Positions 9,493 through 21,844 of a DNA stretch of 64,000 nt are shown here, piece by piece (position 1 is the first letter of the stretch; each line of letters opens with the position of its first letter). The notes below the pieces were generated by a model that had not been told where the DNA came from, ran no database searches, and saw only the letters and a program-made list of their open reading frames with translations. The position numbers and the translations under genes were made by a program. The DNA comes from Bacillota bacterium (lineage in GTDB: Bacteria > Bacillota > Clostridia > Christensenellales > CAG-138), in NCBI GenBank assembly GCA_023399275.1, contig JAEWQH010000096.1:2190-66189 (forward strand), read 5' to 3'.

Positions 9493-10725
9493 TTGTTTAC
9501 GGCAAACGGATTTTACTCGCAGCTACACGGCAGCTATCTATTTTACGAGGTCGGCAAGCGCGCCGCCGCGTTTTCCAAGGCGCATCCAGAAGCGAAGATC
9601 ATCCGCATGGGCATCGGCGACGTGACCCGTCCGCTGGTTCCCGCCGTCATCGAAGCCATGCACAAGGCGGTGGACGATATGTCCCGCGCCGAAACCTTCC
9701 ACGGATACGGGCCGGACTTCGGCTACGATTTTCTGCGCGAAGTGATCCTTAGGCGGGACTATATCGGCCGGGGCGTGGATCTCGAGCTGGATGAGATCTT
9801 TGTCTCCGACGGCGCGAAGTGCGATGTAGGAAACATCCAGGAGATCTTCTCGCAAGACTGTGTGGTCGCCGTTACCGACCCCGTCTACCCCGTGTATGTG
9901 GATACCAACGTCATGGGCGGCCGCGGCGGCAGCTACGACGAAGCCAAGGGCGGCTATGAGAAGATCGTTTACATGGCGGGCTCGGAGGAAAACGGCTTTG
10001 TCGCGCCGCTTCCAAAACAGCGCGTGGATGTGATGTATCTTTGCTTTCCAAACAACCCGACGGGCGTAACGCTCACAAAAGCGCAGCTCAAGGCCTATGT
10101 AGACTATGCGCGGGAAACCGGCGCGTTGATCCTCTACGACTCGGCATATGAATCGTATATCTCCGAACCGGACAAGCCGCACAGCATCTACGAGGTGGAC
10201 GGCGCCAAGGAATGCGCCATCGAGTTTCGCTCCATGTCCAAGACCGCTGGTTTTACCGGAACGCGCTGCGCCTATACGGTCGTGCCGAAGGCGCTGGTCT
10301 GCAAGGATAGCTTTGGCAACGAGGTGCGCCTGCGCGATCTCTGGGCAAGGCGCGTTTCGACCAAGTTCAACGGGGTATCCTACATCACCCAACGCGGCGC
10401 ACAAGCTGCCTACAGTCCGGAGGGCAGCGCGCAGATCATGGGCGTTGTGGCGGATTATATGGAGAACGCGCGCATCATCCGCGAGGGCCTGCAGAAGGCG
10501 GGCTACACGGTGTTCGGCGGCGTGAACGCACCCTACATCTGGCTCAAGGTGCCGCATGGGGACAGCTGGCGTTTCTTCGACGAGCTGCTCACCCGCCATC
10601 ATATCATCGGCACGCCCGGCGAAGGCTTCGGTGCGGCGGGCGAAGGCTATTTTCGCATGACGGCGTTTGCCACGCGGGAAAACACGCTCGAAGCCATGGA
10701 GCGCATTCAGAAAGGCTCGCTATGA
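9493..10725 (+). CDS. dapL: LL-diaminopimelate aminotransferase
   Basis: N-terminus [22 protein letters not shown]...[12 protein letters not shown] and the [16 protein letters not shown]-lysine region match DapL. TTG 9493, 7 nt after GGAGG, is preferred over TTG 9487. An extended -10 (TGATATAAT, 9453-9461) lies upstream. Confidence 0.88.
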   Translation: MFTANGFYSQLHGSYLFYEVGKRAAAFSKAHPEAKIIRMGIGDVTRPLVPAVIEAMHKAVDDMSRAETFHGYGPDFGYDFLREVILRRDYIGRGVDLELDEIFVSDGAKCDVGNIQEIFSQDCVVAVTDPVYPVYVDTNVMGGRGGSYDEAKGGYEKIVYMAGSEENGFVAPLPKQRVDVMYLCFPNNPTGVTLTKAQLKAYVDYARETGALILYDSAYESYISEPDKPHSIYEVDGAKECAIEFRSMSKTAGFTGTRCAYTVVPKALVCKDSFGNEVRLRDLWARRVSTKFNGVSYITQRGAQAAYSPEGSAQIMGVVADYMENARIIREGLQKAGYTVFGGVNAPYIWLKVPHGDSWRFFDELLTRHHIIGTPGEGFGAAGEGYFRMTAFATRENTLEAMERIQKGSL

Positions 10726-11390
10726 CGAAGATCATCGCGTTCGAAGGCATCGACGGAACGGGAAAGACCGTACAGCTTCAGCGGCTCTGCGAGCGGCTGA
10801 ACGCGGGCGGCCGGTTTCGCGTCCGTACGCTTTCGTTCCCGATGTACGACAGCTTTTTCGGCGCGGAGTGCGGACGGCTGCTCACCGGCAGCGGCGGTGT
10901 ACGCGCAGACGAGGTGGACGGAAAGAGCATGGCGCTCTGGTACGCGCTTGACCGCTTCGAAGCGTTCCGCGATCTCGACTATTCCGACGCAGACGTGCTG
11001 CTCATCAACCGCTATGTTTTGAGCAACGCTGTGTATCAGTCCGTTCGTGAGCGCGACCTTGGCAAGCCGGATCTGCTGGATTTCGTGCTCGAGCTGGAGC
11101 ACGGCCATTTTCGCATTCCACATGCAAACGCGCACATCGTGCTCGACGTCAACCCGGAAGCCGCATCCGAAAACGTCGGTAAAAAAGGATTCCGGGACTA
11201 TGTCGGCGACCGGCCGGATATCTACGAGGCCCTGCCGGACATCCAAAAACGCGCAAGACAAAAGTATATCGAGTATGCGGCGCGCATGCCCGGGATCCAC
11301 ATCATCCCCTGCATGGAGCAAAATCAGCTCAAGAGCATAGAGACGATCGGCGCGCTCATCGACGCGGAGCTTGCGCCGCTGCTCGCCTGA
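10722..11390 (+). CDS. dTMP (thymidylate) kinase-family protein, atypical
   Basis: P-loop [10 protein letters not shown] and an LDRF (DRY/F-type) motif. The ATG overlaps the dapL stop (ATGA). It diverges from canonical bacterial Tmk, so substrate is not certain. Confidence 0.65.
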   Translation: MTKIIAFEGIDGTGKTVQLQRLCERLNAGGRFRVRTLSFPMYDSFFGAECGRLLTGSGGVRADEVDGKSMALWYALDRFEAFRDLDYSDADVLLINRYVLSNAVYQSVRERDLGKPDLLDFVLELEHGHFRIPHANAHIVLDVNPEAASENVGKKGFRDYVGDRPDIYEALPDIQKRARQKYIEYAARMPGIHIIPCMEQNQLKSIETIGALIDAELAPLLA

Positions 11391-11473
11391 TTTGAGATTC
11401 AATACAGCCGGCCTGCGCTGCTGCGCCGGATGCTTGAAGATATTATCAACGATTCAACTAGGAGGTAAAAAAC

Positions 11474-12535
11474 ATGCGTAAAATCGGAATCCTGACGGGC
11501 GGCGGAGACTGCCCGGGCCTTAACGCGGTCATCCGCGGCGTCGTCGAAGAGTGTGCGGCGGCGGGCATCGAGGTATACGGCTTTTCGGCAGGCTGGCGCG
11601 GTGCGCTGACTGGCGAGGGCCGCTGGCTCACGCTCAAGGACGTAGAGGGCCTTCAGACCAAGGGCGGAACGATCCTCGAAAGCAGCCGCACCAACGTTAT
11701 GAAGGAAGAAAACGGCCCGGAGCGCGTTCGCAAGACCCTCGAAAGCCTCGGGCTTGAGGGCATGGTCGCCATCGGCGGCGACGACACGCTGGGCGTTGCC
11801 AACAAGCTCACCAAGATGGGCATGAAGATGGTCGGCGTGCCGAAGACCATCGACAACGATCTCTCCTGCACGGACTACACCTTTGGCTTTGACACCGCCA
11901 GCAACATCGCCATGGATTGCATGGACCGTCTCCATACGACCGCCGCGTCCCACGCGCGCTGCTTTGTCGTGGAGTGCATGGGCCGCCACACGGGCTGGAT
12001 CGCCGTTCAGGCGGGACTTGCGGCAGACGCAAACCTTATCCTCATCCCAGAGTTCCCCAAAACTTTCGACGAGATCATGCAAATCATCCGCGCGCGCTAC
12101 ATCAAAGGCCAGCGCCATACGATCATTGCGGTCGCCGAGGGCTTTGAGCTCAAGGGCGAATCGCAGGACAACGTCGGGCTCGACGCGTTTGGAAACAAGC
12201 TGCTGCTCGAGAAAGAGATTGCCAAGACGCTCTCGGAGCGCATTGAAAAGGCCATGCGCTCGGATGCAACGCTCGACGAAAAGCGCAAGTTTTTCGAATG
12301 CCGCTCCGTCGTACTCGGCCATATTCAGCGCGGCGGCTCCCCCTCCTGCTTCGACCGTGTGCTTGGCACACGCCTTGGCTTCAAGGCGGGCGAGCTGGTG
12401 GTCAACGAGCAGTACGGCAACATGGTTGCGCTTCAGGGTACGGCTATCGTGACCGCCGACCTCGACAAGGCTGTCACCGAGCGCAAGGAAGTGGATTGGG
12501 ACTTCTACAAGTCCGTCTCGATTCTTTTCAAATAA
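11474..12535 (+). CDS. pfp: 6-phosphofructokinase, pyrophosphate-dependent type by signature residues
   Basis: MRKIGILTGGGDCPGLNAVIRG, IGGDDT (Asp where ATP-PFKs have Gly) and PKTIDND (Lys where ATP-PFKs have Gly). Confidence 0.85.
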   Translation: MRKIGILTGGGDCPGLNAVIRGVVEECAAAGIEVYGFSAGWRGALTGEGRWLTLKDVEGLQTKGGTILESSRTNVMKEENGPERVRKTLESLGLEGMVAIGGDDTLGVANKLTKMGMKMVGVPKTIDNDLSCTDYTFGFDTASNIAMDCMDRLHTTAASHARCFVVECMGRHTGWIAVQAGLAADANLILIPEFPKTFDEIMQIIRARYIKGQRHTIIAVAEGFELKGESQDNVGLDAFGNKLLLEKEIAKTLSERIEKAMRSDATLDEKRKFFECRSVVLGHIQRGGSPSCFDRVLGTRLGFKAGELVVNEQYGNMVALQGTAIVTADLDKAVTERKEVDWDFYKSVSILFK

Positions 12536-12554
12536 GACCGAAGCAAACAGACAA

Positions 12555-12582
12555 GCGGGCAGGGATTTCCCCGCCCGCTTTT
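12555..12582 (+). terminator. Rho-independent terminator after pfp
   Basis: GCGGGCAGGG-attt-CCCCGCCCGC (one A/C mismatch) followed by TTTT. Confidence 0.65.
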
Positions 12583-12599
12583 GCGTGCAATCACTCCGC

Positions 12600-14438
<1,839 letters not shown>

Positions 14439-14463
14439 TCTCCATTCCCCCCGGTCGGTCTGT

Positions 14464-15357
14464 CTAGTTGCCCTGCAGACGCTTGACGCGCTGCGCAACG
14501 GCCTTGCCCGTCGGCGTGGTGGCAAGCCCGCCGCGCGCCGTTTCGCGGTATTCCACGCGGATGTCCTTGCCAACGGCGTACATCGCGGCAACGACCTCGT
14601 CAAACGGGATCAGGCTCGTGATGCCGGCCAGCGCCATGTCGGCGCAAAGCATGGCGTTTACCGCGCCGAGCGCGTTTCGCTTGATGCACGGGCACTCGAC
14701 CAGCCCTGCGACCGGGTCGCAGATCAATCCCATCACGTTTTTCATCGCCATAGCGGCCGCGTCGAGCGCCTGCACAGGCGCGCCGCCGCTGATTTCAACG
14801 AGAGCGGCCGCGGTCATGGAAGCCGCAACGCCCGTCTCCGCCTGGCATCCGCCGCCTGCGCCGGAGATGGTTGCGTTTCTGGCGAAGATCAGCCCGACGG
14901 CGCCTGCCGTGAAGAGCCCCTCGATCAGCGTCTCATCCGACCAGCCGCGCTGGCGTCCGCTCTCGATCAGAGCGCCGGCAAGGATGCCGCTCGCGCCGGC
15001 GGTCGGCGCCGCTACGATGCGCCCCATGGACGCGTTCACCTCGACCACCGCCATGGAGGAAGCGGCCGCGCGGCAGGCGGTATAGCCGGAGAAGGGGTTG
15101 TGCTTGCCGTATTTGAAGAGCCGCATCGCCTCACCGCCGGAGAGCCCGCTGACGGACTCCACCTTGCTGTTGAGACCGCGCTCAACGGATGCGCGCATGA
15201 CGTCGAGATTCTTTTGCATCTCGGCAACGATCTCCTCGCGCGGCTTGTCGCTGGTCTTGATCTCGCGGCGGATCATCGCCTCATAGATCGGTATATCGTT
15301 TTCCAGGCAGTAGCGGCGCAGGGATTCGCCGTTTTCAAACGCGTCTGTCAACAGCAT
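14464..15357 (-). CDS. sdaAA: L-serine ammonia-lyase (iron-sulfur dependent), alpha subunit
   Basis: 297 aa. Typical SdaAA blocks (GGEAMRLF, SGAGGGCQAE, CDPVAGLVECPC). Confidence 0.9.
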   Translation of the reverse strand: MLLTDAFENGESLRRYCLENDIPIYEAMIRREIKTSDKPREEIVAEMQKNLDVMRASVERGLNSKVESVSGLSGGEAMRLFKYGKHNPFSGYTACRAAASSMAVVEVNASMGRIVAAPTAGASGILAGALIESGRQRGWSDETLIEGLFTAGAVGLIFARNATISGAGGGCQAETGVAASMTAAALVEISGGAPVQALDAAAMAMKNVMGLICDPVAGLVECPCIKRNALGAVNAMLCADMALAGITSLIPFDEVVAAMYAVGKDIRVEYRETARGGLATTPTGKAVAQRVKRLQGN

Positions 15358-15372
15358 GGTTCATCCTCCTCC

Positions 15373-16035
15373 CTACACTACAAAAAGCTTGTTGATGCCG
15401 TCGCAGAGCCGCAGGATCATCCCCTGCATCTCCGGCGTCACGGCCTGGTCGGTTTCGATGGTCATATACGCGTCCTCCCCCTTGCCATGGCGGAATACGC
15501 GCATGAATGCAATATTGACGTCGAGCTGCGCGAGCACGTGCGACACCTCGGCGATGACGCCGGGCTGGTCGTTGTGCTGGATGATCAGCGTCGGGTACTC
15601 GCCGGAGAATTCAACCGCCAGGCCGTTGATCTCCGTGATGCGGATGTTTCCGCCGCCAACCGACTGGCCGACCACATCCGTCACCTGCCCGTCCGAACCG
15701 GTGATGACGATGCGCGCGGTATTCGGGTGCTTGGGCGGCTCGTCCGAAAACACAACCGAAACGCGCACACCCTGCTCGCGGGCAACCGTAAATGCTTCCT
15801 TGATGCGCGGATCGTCGGGATCCATTCCAAGCGCGCCCGCAACGAGGGCTTTATCCGTTCCGTGACCCTTCCCCGTTTCGGCAAAGGAGCCGTAGAGCGT
15901 GAAGTCGGCCTCGGCTACGTCGCCGCCGGCGATCTGCCGCGCGACATGCGCCAGGCGCACCGCGCCCGCCGTATGGGAACTGCTCGGCCCGGTCATGCGC
16001 GGGCCGATGATGTCAAACACCGAAAAGTCTTCCAT
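15373..16035 (-). CDS. sdaAB: L-serine ammonia-lyase, beta subunit (with ACT domain)
   Basis: MEDFSVFDIIGPRMTGPSSSHTAGA N-terminus is diagnostic. It sits directly upstream of sdaAA. Confidence 0.9.
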   Translation of the reverse strand: MEDFSVFDIIGPRMTGPSSSHTAGAVRLAHVARQIAGGDVAEADFTLYGSFAETGKGHGTDKALVAGALGMDPDDPRIKEAFTVAREQGVRVSVVFSDEPPKHPNTARIVITGSDGQVTDVVGQSVGGGNIRITEINGLAVEFSGEYPTLIIQHNDQPGVIAEVSHVLAQLDVNIAFMRVFRHGKGEDAYMTIETDQAVTPEMQGMILRLCDGINKLFVV

Positions 16036-16119
16036 ATCGTTATCTCCGGTTCTCTCTTTTTACGGCGGCTCAACTACCGCTCAAACGCAACAGTCGACGC
16101 GGAATCATCCGCGCCGACT

Positions 16120-16405
16120 GAAAGGATTGCCGCGCACCCGTTCTTTGACAAACACGCCTCCGGGCGACGCTCTGACAGGTTGCTCCTTTCAGGCTGCTCC
16201 GCGGCACATCGCGTTTTCCGCTGAATGCTGCTTCCGTCAGGACCTGACATGGTTCACGGCCTGCGATTGCACGGGACCCGACGCTCAACGCCCCTTATCG
16301 GGATCTGACCCCACAGGCGCTTGCCGGGGAACGGGACTTCTGCCCTGCTGTAGCGGATTGCAGGTTCAGGGCACCGCTAACTCCCCGCCTAGCGCGGCAA
16401 ACTGG
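16120..16405 (-). ncRNA. ffs: Signal recognition particle RNA, large Bacillus-type (Alu domain + S domain)
   Basis: The reverse strand reads ...GCCGCGCUAGGCGGGGAGUUAGCGGUGCCCUGAACCUGCAAUCCGCUACAGCAGGGC... This is near-identical to the B. subtilis scRNA Alu domain as I remember it. It also contains the universal domain IV motif GAACCAUGUCAGGUCCUGACGGAAGCAGCAUUCAGCGG...AUGUGCCGCGGAGCAGCCUG. The 5' UUGCCGCGC (16400-16392) pairs with the 3' GCGCGGCAA (16135-16127). Ends are approximate. Confidence 0.9.
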
Positions 16406-16416
16406 ATTACCAGATG

Positions 16417-16445
16417 ATTGTATCACACCGCGCCGGGAAAGCCAA
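16417..16445 (-). promoter_or_regulatory. Sigma-A-type promoter for SRP RNA, TTGGCT-17-TACAAT with TGn
   Basis: Reverse strand: TTGGCT (16445-16440), 17-nt spacer, TGA-TACAAT (16425-16417). Confidence 0.55.
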
Positions 16446-16499
16446 ACGAATTTTGAGGCGTGCGCATGAAAGGACTGCGGCAAAGCAGCGCTCCCGCGA

Positions 16500-17408
16500 T
16501 CAACCGCGCAGCTTCTGCATCGCATAGGTGGCGGCTGCGCGCACGCCATCCCTTTTATCCGTCAGCCAAGGCTCGATCAACGGCAGCAAATCCGCCCTGC
16601 CCCGGTTCGCCGCAACGACGCAGGCATGCTGGATCACGCGGCCCTGCTTATTGAGGTTTTTCCCGACGATCTCCAACGCGGGCTTTACGTTCCCGCGCAG
16701 CAACTCCTCCAGCCGAAACGCCTCCGGCATCTCGCGCAGGGATTCGATCCCGGCGTTGTATGGACAGGCCTTTTGGCAAAGCTCGCAGCCGAGGATGTAT
16801 CGCATCGCTTCCATGACCCAGGGCTCCATGACATATCCCTCCATATAGGAGCGTGCGCAGCGGGCAAAGTGAAATCCTTCCCGGTCGATCGCTCCGCTCG
16901 GGCAGATGCGCTCGCAGGCATGGCATGCCGCGCAGTGCACGGCGGTCGGTTTGCGTACGGGCGTATATGCCGGCTCCGGCAGGCGGGCCAGCAGCGTCTG
17001 CACGGAGTAGCGCGTTCCGTATCCCGGCAGGTAGGTCAGCCCGTTTTTCAGCACGACGCCGGTTCCGCCCCGCGTAAGCAGCTCGCGCACGGGCAGTTCA
17101 ACGCGCTCTGTACGCATCCCCTCCGCTTCCATTTGCCGCATCAATCTGCCGGAGGCGTGGTACGCAGCGTTGCTCGACGGGTAGTAGCCGGAGAGTGCAA
17201 TCTCTTCGGCGTATGGCTGGTACGGGCTGATCAGCGCAAGGATTGCGTTTGCCCATGGCGCTTCACTCGCCGCATCGATCGTGAGCTTGCGTGCTGCGGG
17301 ATGCAGGTCGCCTTCGTGGAGGCGGCGTTCATAGAGGGCAAACGGCTCTGTCGGATACACAAAGCAATCGGCAAAACCAAACGCTGCCGCGCGTGCGCGA
17401 ATATCCAT
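16500..17408 (-). CDS. Epoxyqueuosine reductase QueG-like protein (short form; 2x[4Fe-4S] ferredoxin motifs + C-terminal HEAT-like repeat)
   Basis: CAACHACERICPSGAI and CELCQKACPYNA ferredoxin-type motifs, plus a C-terminal HEAT-like segment (LIEPWLTDKRDGVRAAATYAMQKL). It is shorter than canonical QueG. Confidence 0.55.
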   Translation of the reverse strand: MDIRARAAAFGFADCFVYPTEPFALYERRLHEGDLHPAARKLTIDAASEAPWANAILALISPYQPYAEEIALSGYYPSSNAAYHASGRLMRQMEAEGMRTERVELPVRELLTRGGTGVVLKNGLTYLPGYGTRYSVQTLLARLPEPAYTPVRKPTAVHCAACHACERICPSGAIDREGFHFARCARSYMEGYVMEPWVMEAMRYILGCELCQKACPYNAGIESLREMPEAFRLEELLRGNVKPALEIVGKNLNKQGRVIQHACVVAANRGRADLLPLIEPWLTDKRDGVRAAATYAMQKLRG

Positions 17409-17581
17409 ACTCGATCCAGCCTTTCAAGCGCTTTTCGTGATAATATCATGTTTTTCGCGCCCCGTGAAGAGCACAGATCAAGCGATATATCGAGCCCGAA
17501 AATATAGAGAAAACGCAGACCGCACGGATGCATATTTGCACGCCGCGTGCCTGCGCTTATGCCGCTATACCGGCTTAGCTT

Positions 17582-18211
17582 CTATTTGGTGCCAAAGAGG
17601 CGGTCTCCCGCGTCGCCCAGTCCGGGCACGATATAACCGTGGTCATTGAGCTTCTCGTCGATATGCGCAACGTAGATATCCACATCCGGATGCGCGGCCT
17701 GCATGGCGGCGATGCCTTCGGGCGCAGCGATCAAGCTCACAAAGCGGATGCTCGCAACGCTGTTCTCCTTGAGGATATGGATCGCTTCGATGCCGGAGTT
17801 CCCGGTCGCAAGCATCGGGTCTACGATGATCGTCTCGCGCTCGGCGATGTCCTGCGGAAGCTTGCAGTAGTAGCCCGTCGGCATCAGCGTGTCGGGGTTG
17901 CGATACAGGCCGATATGGCCGACCTTCGCGTTGGGGATCAGGCTCATGATGCCGTCTGCCATTCCCAGCCCGGCGCGGAGAATCGGAATCACCGCGATCT
18001 TCTCGTTTGCAAGCGTCTGGACGGTGGTTTTGCAGATCGGCGTTTCGATCTCGATCTCCTTGAGCTCCAGATCGCGCGTGACTTCGTAGGCCATGAGCAT
18101 GGCCAGCTCATACACGAGTTCGCGAAACGCCTTGCAGCCTGTGTCCTTATCGCGCAGCAGCGAGAGCTTATGCTGCACGAGCGGGTGATCGATGGTGGTG
18201 ACTTTTGACAT
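17582..18211 (-). CDS. upp: Uracil phosphoribosyltransferase
   Basis: [22 protein letters not shown]..., PILRAGLGM and [14 protein letters not shown]-binding motif. Start at ATG 18211. Confidence 0.95.
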   Translation of the reverse strand: MSKVTTIDHPLVQHKLSLLRDKDTGCKAFRELVYELAMLMAYEVTRDLELKEIEIETPICKTTVQTLANEKIAVIPILRAGLGMADGIMSLIPNAKVGHIGLYRNPDTLMPTGYYCKLPQDIAERETIIVDPMLATGNSGIEAIHILKENSVASIRFVSLIAAPEGIAAMQAAHPDVDIYVAHIDEKLNDHGYIVPGLGDAGDRLFGTK

Positions 18212-18221
18212 GGGAGCCTCC

Positions 18222-18668
18222 TTAGTGCGTATTTTCGTAGGCGGATATCTTATCGATCCTGCGCTGATGCCGTTCGCCATGGGAAAACGGCTCGCCCAGC
18301 CAGATGTCGGCGATGCCCTTTGCGCGGACCACGGTGGTCACGTTTGCACCGAGCGCAAGCATGTTGGTGTCGTTGTGCTCGCGGGTCATCTTGGCGGAGT
18401 ATTCGTCTGTCACCAGCGCGCAGCGGATACCGTGTACTTTATTGGCGGCAATGCTTACGCCGATGCCGGTGGTGCAGATGACGATGCCGCGCGCAAACTC
18501 GCCGCGCGCAACCCCCTCCGCAACCGGAAAGACATAATCCGGGTAGTCAATGCTGTTTTTATCGTAGGAGCCGAAGTCTTTCACCTCGTGCCCCTCTTCG
18601 CGCAGGTATGCGACGAGCGCCTCCTTCAGGTCAAAGCCGCCGTGGTCGCAGCCGATTGCCAGTTTCAT
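18222..18668 (-). CDS. rpiB: Ribose-5-phosphate isomerase B
   Basis: [15 protein letters not shown]..., [13 protein letters not shown]. Start at ATG 18668. Confidence 0.93.
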   Translation of the reverse strand: MKLAIGCDHGGFDLKEALVAYLREEGHEVKDFGSYDKNSIDYPDYVFPVAEGVARGEFARGIVICTTGIGVSIAANKVHGIRCALVTDEYSAKMTREHNDTNMLALGANVTTVVRAKGIADIWLGEPFSHGERHQRRIDKISAYENTH

Positions 18669-18706
18669 ATTCTCTTCCTCCCTTTTCTTCTGCCTGAACT
18701 GTTGGA

Positions 18707-19810
18707 TCAACTAAAACGGTCATCGCTTCCCTCGTCGAGGGATGCGTCGATCACGTGAAATCCCGCGGCGCGCAGCAGGCGGTTCATGTAGGCCAACCCT
18801 TCCTCCTCCGGCGGGATGCCTTCCGCGAGGATCAAATCCGCGCGCCGGTCCATCTCCCGCAGAGCGGAAAAGAGGCTTGCGCAAAGCGTCTCCGGTTCGC
18901 TGCGGTCGCCCAGCACCATGTGCCGCAGTCCTTTGTAGAAATGCCGCGTTTGCTCCGTGGCGGCGATCTCGACGCGTTTCCCCTCCGTCTCGGCCTCGCG
19001 GTAGAGCGCGTTGATGCGTCTTGCCGCCTGTTCGGGCGTGCCGCGTACGACGACAACCTCCGCCGACGGCGCATAGTGCTGATATTTCATGCCCGGCGAC
19101 GCAGCCGTCTCTCCCTCCTTCATGGGATGGAGGATGCTCGTACTCACGTGCACTTCGCCGATGAGCGCCGAAAGCATCTCGCGCGTGATCGCGCCCGGGC
19201 GCAAGATCGTTGGTTCACCAACGAGTGAGAGCACCGTGGATTCGACGCCGTATTTGCAGGGGCCGCCATCCAGAATCAACGGGATGCGCCCGCCGAGATC
19301 GTCCAGCACATGCTGCGCGGTGGTCGGGCTCGGCCTGCCGGAGCGATTTGCGCTCGGCGCCGCGATGGGAACCCCGGCCTTGGCGATCAGCGCACGCGCG
19401 GTCTTGTTCTGCGGCATGCGCACGGCTACAGTATCCAGCCCCGCGGTGACTTCCGACGGCACGATGTCGCTCTTTGGCGCAACCAGCGTCAGAGGCCCCG
19501 GCCAAAACGTGTCCATCAATATCTGCGCCTGCTTTGGCTTCCTGCTCCAAAGTTTCCACGCCTCGCTTTTCTTGGATACATGCTCGATCAACGGATTATC
19601 GGAGGGGCGCCCCTTCGCCACAAATATCTTGGCGACCGCTGTGCCGTCGAGTCCGTTTGCGCCGAGGCCATAGACCGTTTCGGTCGGGAATGCGACGAGT
19701 TCACCTTGCGAAATCAGCTTTGCTGCCCAGGTCGTTCCCGCTTCCTCCTGCCGCGCCGTATTGATCACCTGTGTGTCGAAGACGGGCGCGGACTCTGCCT
19801 CGCGCTTCAT
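18707..19810 (-). CDS. tsaC: L-threonylcarbamoyladenylate synthase, long YwlC/Sua5 type
   Basis: [31 protein letters not shown] motifs plus a Sua5-type C-terminal domain. The ATG overlaps the prfA stop (ATGA). Confidence 0.9.
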   Translation of the reverse strand: MKREAESAPVFDTQVINTARQEEAGTTWAAKLISQGELVAFPTETVYGLGANGLDGTAVAKIFVAKGRPSDNPLIEHVSKKSEAWKLWSRKPKQAQILMDTFWPGPLTLVAPKSDIVPSEVTAGLDTVAVRMPQNKTARALIAKAGVPIAAPSANRSGRPSPTTAQHVLDDLGGRIPLILDGGPCKYGVESTVLSLVGEPTILRPGAITREMLSALIGEVHVSTSILHPMKEGETAASPGMKYQHYAPSAEVVVVRGTPEQAARRINALYREAETEGKRVEIAATEQTRHFYKGLRHMVLGDRSEPETLCASLFSALREMDRRADLILAEGIPPEEEGLAYMNRLLRAAGFHVIDASLDEGSDDRFS

Positions 19811-20886
19811 ACGCCGCCCGGCTCTCCGGCGAGCAGCTCGCTGCGTTCGGCCACGGTCAGCGCGTCGATCATCTCTTCCATATCCCCGTCCAAAAACGCT
19901 TCCAATTTGTACAGCGTCAGCCCGATGCGGTGGTCGGTCACACGCCCTTGCGGAAAGTTATAGGTGCGGATGCGCTCGCTGCGGTCGCCGGAGCCGATCT
20001 GGCTCTTGCGTGCGCCCGCGCGTTCCGATTTCTGCTGGTTGTGGTAGTAGTCGTACAGCCGGCTTTTGAGCACGCGCATGGCCTGCTCCTTGTTCTTCAG
20101 CTGTGATTTTTCATCCTGGCAGGAGACGACCATGCCCGTAGGCAGATGCGTAATGCGAATTGCGCTCTCGGTTTTATTGACGTGCTGCCCGCCAGCGCCG
20201 CTGGAGCGATAGGTATCGATGCGAAGATCGTTCTCTTTGATATCGACCTGCACGTCGTCCACCTCCGGGAGCACGGCCACCGTCGCCGCGCTGGTGTGGA
20301 TACGCCCCTGCGACTCCGTCTCGGGTACGCGCTGGACGCGGTGCACGCCGCTTTCATATTTCAGGCGGCTGAACGCGCCGCGCTTTCCGCCGATGGAGAG
20401 CACGACTTCTTTTACGCCGCCCATGTCGGTGAGGCTGCTGGAGAGATACTCCGTCTTGTAGCCCTGCCGCTCGGCATACCGAAGGTACATCCTGAGCAGA
20501 TCGGCGCCAAAGAGCGAGGCTTCGTCCCCGCCTGTTCCGGCACGGATCTCGAGGATGACATCCCGTTCGTCGTTCGGGTCTTTGGGCAGCAGCAGGATAT
20601 GCAACTGCTCGCCCAGCGACGAAAGCTTTTTCTCGAGCTCCTCCATCTCCGCGTGAACAAGCTCCTTCATCTCGCCGTCCAGGTGTTCGCCGAGCATGCT
20701 CTTGCAGTTTTCCAGCGCCTGCTTTACAGACGCGTATTCGTCAAATGCCAGCACGATTTCCTCGAGCGACGCCCGCTCCTTGACCATGTCGCGCCAGGCT
20801 TCGCGATCCGCCAGCGCATCCGGTTCCGCCAGCTTCTCCGAAAGAAAGTTGAAGCGTTGTTTGATTCCCTGCAGTTTGTCGATCAT
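19807..20886 (-). CDS. prfA: Peptide chain release factor 1
   Basis: [16 protein letters not shown] (GGQ motif) and PxT-type region ([10 protein letters not shown]). Start at ATG 20886 ([12 protein letters not shown]). Confidence 0.95.
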   Translation of the reverse strand: MIDKLQGIKQRFNFLSEKLAEPDALADREAWRDMVKERASLEEIVLAFDEYASVKQALENCKSMLGEHLDGEMKELVHAEMEELEKKLSSLGEQLHILLLPKDPNDERDVILEIRAGTGGDEASLFGADLLRMYLRYAERQGYKTEYLSSSLTDMGGVKEVVLSIGGKRGAFSRLKYESGVHRVQRVPETESQGRIHTSAATVAVLPEVDDVQVDIKENDLRIDTYRSSGAGGQHVNKTESAIRITHLPTGMVVSCQDEKSQLKNKEQAMRVLKSRLYDYYHNQQKSERAGARKSQIGSGDRSERIRTYNFPQGRVTDHRIGLTLYKLEAFLDGDMEEMIDALTVAERSELLAGEPGGV

Positions 20887-20978
20887 CGTTCCTCCGAATG
20901 ACGGGCCCGTCTGTTCGCTCCGGCCCGCGCCGCACGCGCAGAATCCGATGCGGCCGCGTGCAGGCAAAAGATCATATG

Positions 20979-21812
20979 TTATTCAGATGGGCCCTCTTCC
21001 ACAACGAGCACGCGCGGATTGCCGGAATAGTCGCGCAGCACGCTCGTGCTTGCATCAAACAAAGCGGCTGCGGCCTCGGCCTGCGTATTGCCGATCTCGA
21101 GCAAAAGCGCCCCGCCCGGACGCAGGTGCGCCGGATAGTCCCAAGCGATTTTGCGGTAAAAATCCAGCCCGTCTCCGCCGCCATAGAGCGCGATCCTTGG
21201 CTCAAACGCAAGCTCAGGCTGCAGCGCCTGCATATCCGCCAGCGAAAGATACGGCGGATTGCAGACGATCAGGTCATATTTCTCGTCGATCTGCCGAAAC
21301 AGATCGCTCTCAATCCAGGCGAGGCGAACCTCGTTTCGCTCCGCGTTTTCGCCGGCCAGCGCGAGTGCGTCCGCGCTGATATCCGAGGCGGTTACGTCTA
21401 TTCCGGTCTGCTTTGCAATGCAGATGCCGACGCAGCCGCTGCCCGTGCAGAGATCCAGACAGGTTTGATATCCCCGCCGACGGATCCGCTCGATCGCGGC
21501 TTGAACCAGCAGTTCCGTATCCTGCCGCGGGATGAGAGCGCGCGCATCTGCATAAAACGGCAGACCGAAAAACTCCCATTCACCCAGGATATACTGCAGC
21601 GGTTCGCGCTTAACGCGGCGGGAAAGCATATCGCCCAAGTCGGCAAGCTGCTCCGGCGAAAGCGCCATGTCCGCGTGGATCGCCAGCACAGCGGGCTCTA
21701 CACCGGCGACAGCCGAAACCAGGATCTTCGCCTGCTGGAGGGCTTCCTCCTGCGCCACAGGCTCGATCATGATCTTCGCTTCACGAACGGCTTCCGAAAC
21801 GCGAATGCTCAA
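20979..21812 (-). CDS. prmC: Release-factor glutamine N5-methyltransferase
   Basis: SAM-binding [10 protein letters not shown] and catalytic NPPY (VCNPPYLS). TTG start at 21812. Confidence 0.9.
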   Translation of the reverse strand: MSIRVSEAVREAKIMIEPVAQEEALQQAKILVSAVAGVEPAVLAIHADMALSPEQLADLGDMLSRRVKREPLQYILGEWEFFGLPFYADARALIPRQDTELLVQAAIERIRRRGYQTCLDLCTGSGCVGICIAKQTGIDVTASDISADALALAGENAERNEVRLAWIESDLFRQIDEKYDLIVCNPPYLSLADMQALQPELAFEPRIALYGGGDGLDFYRKIAWDYPAHLRPGGALLLEIGNTQAEAAAALFDASTSVLRDYSGNPRVLVVEEGPSE

Positions 21813-21844
21813 ATTGCAACCTGCTCCTTTTCCTGTTGTGCCTG

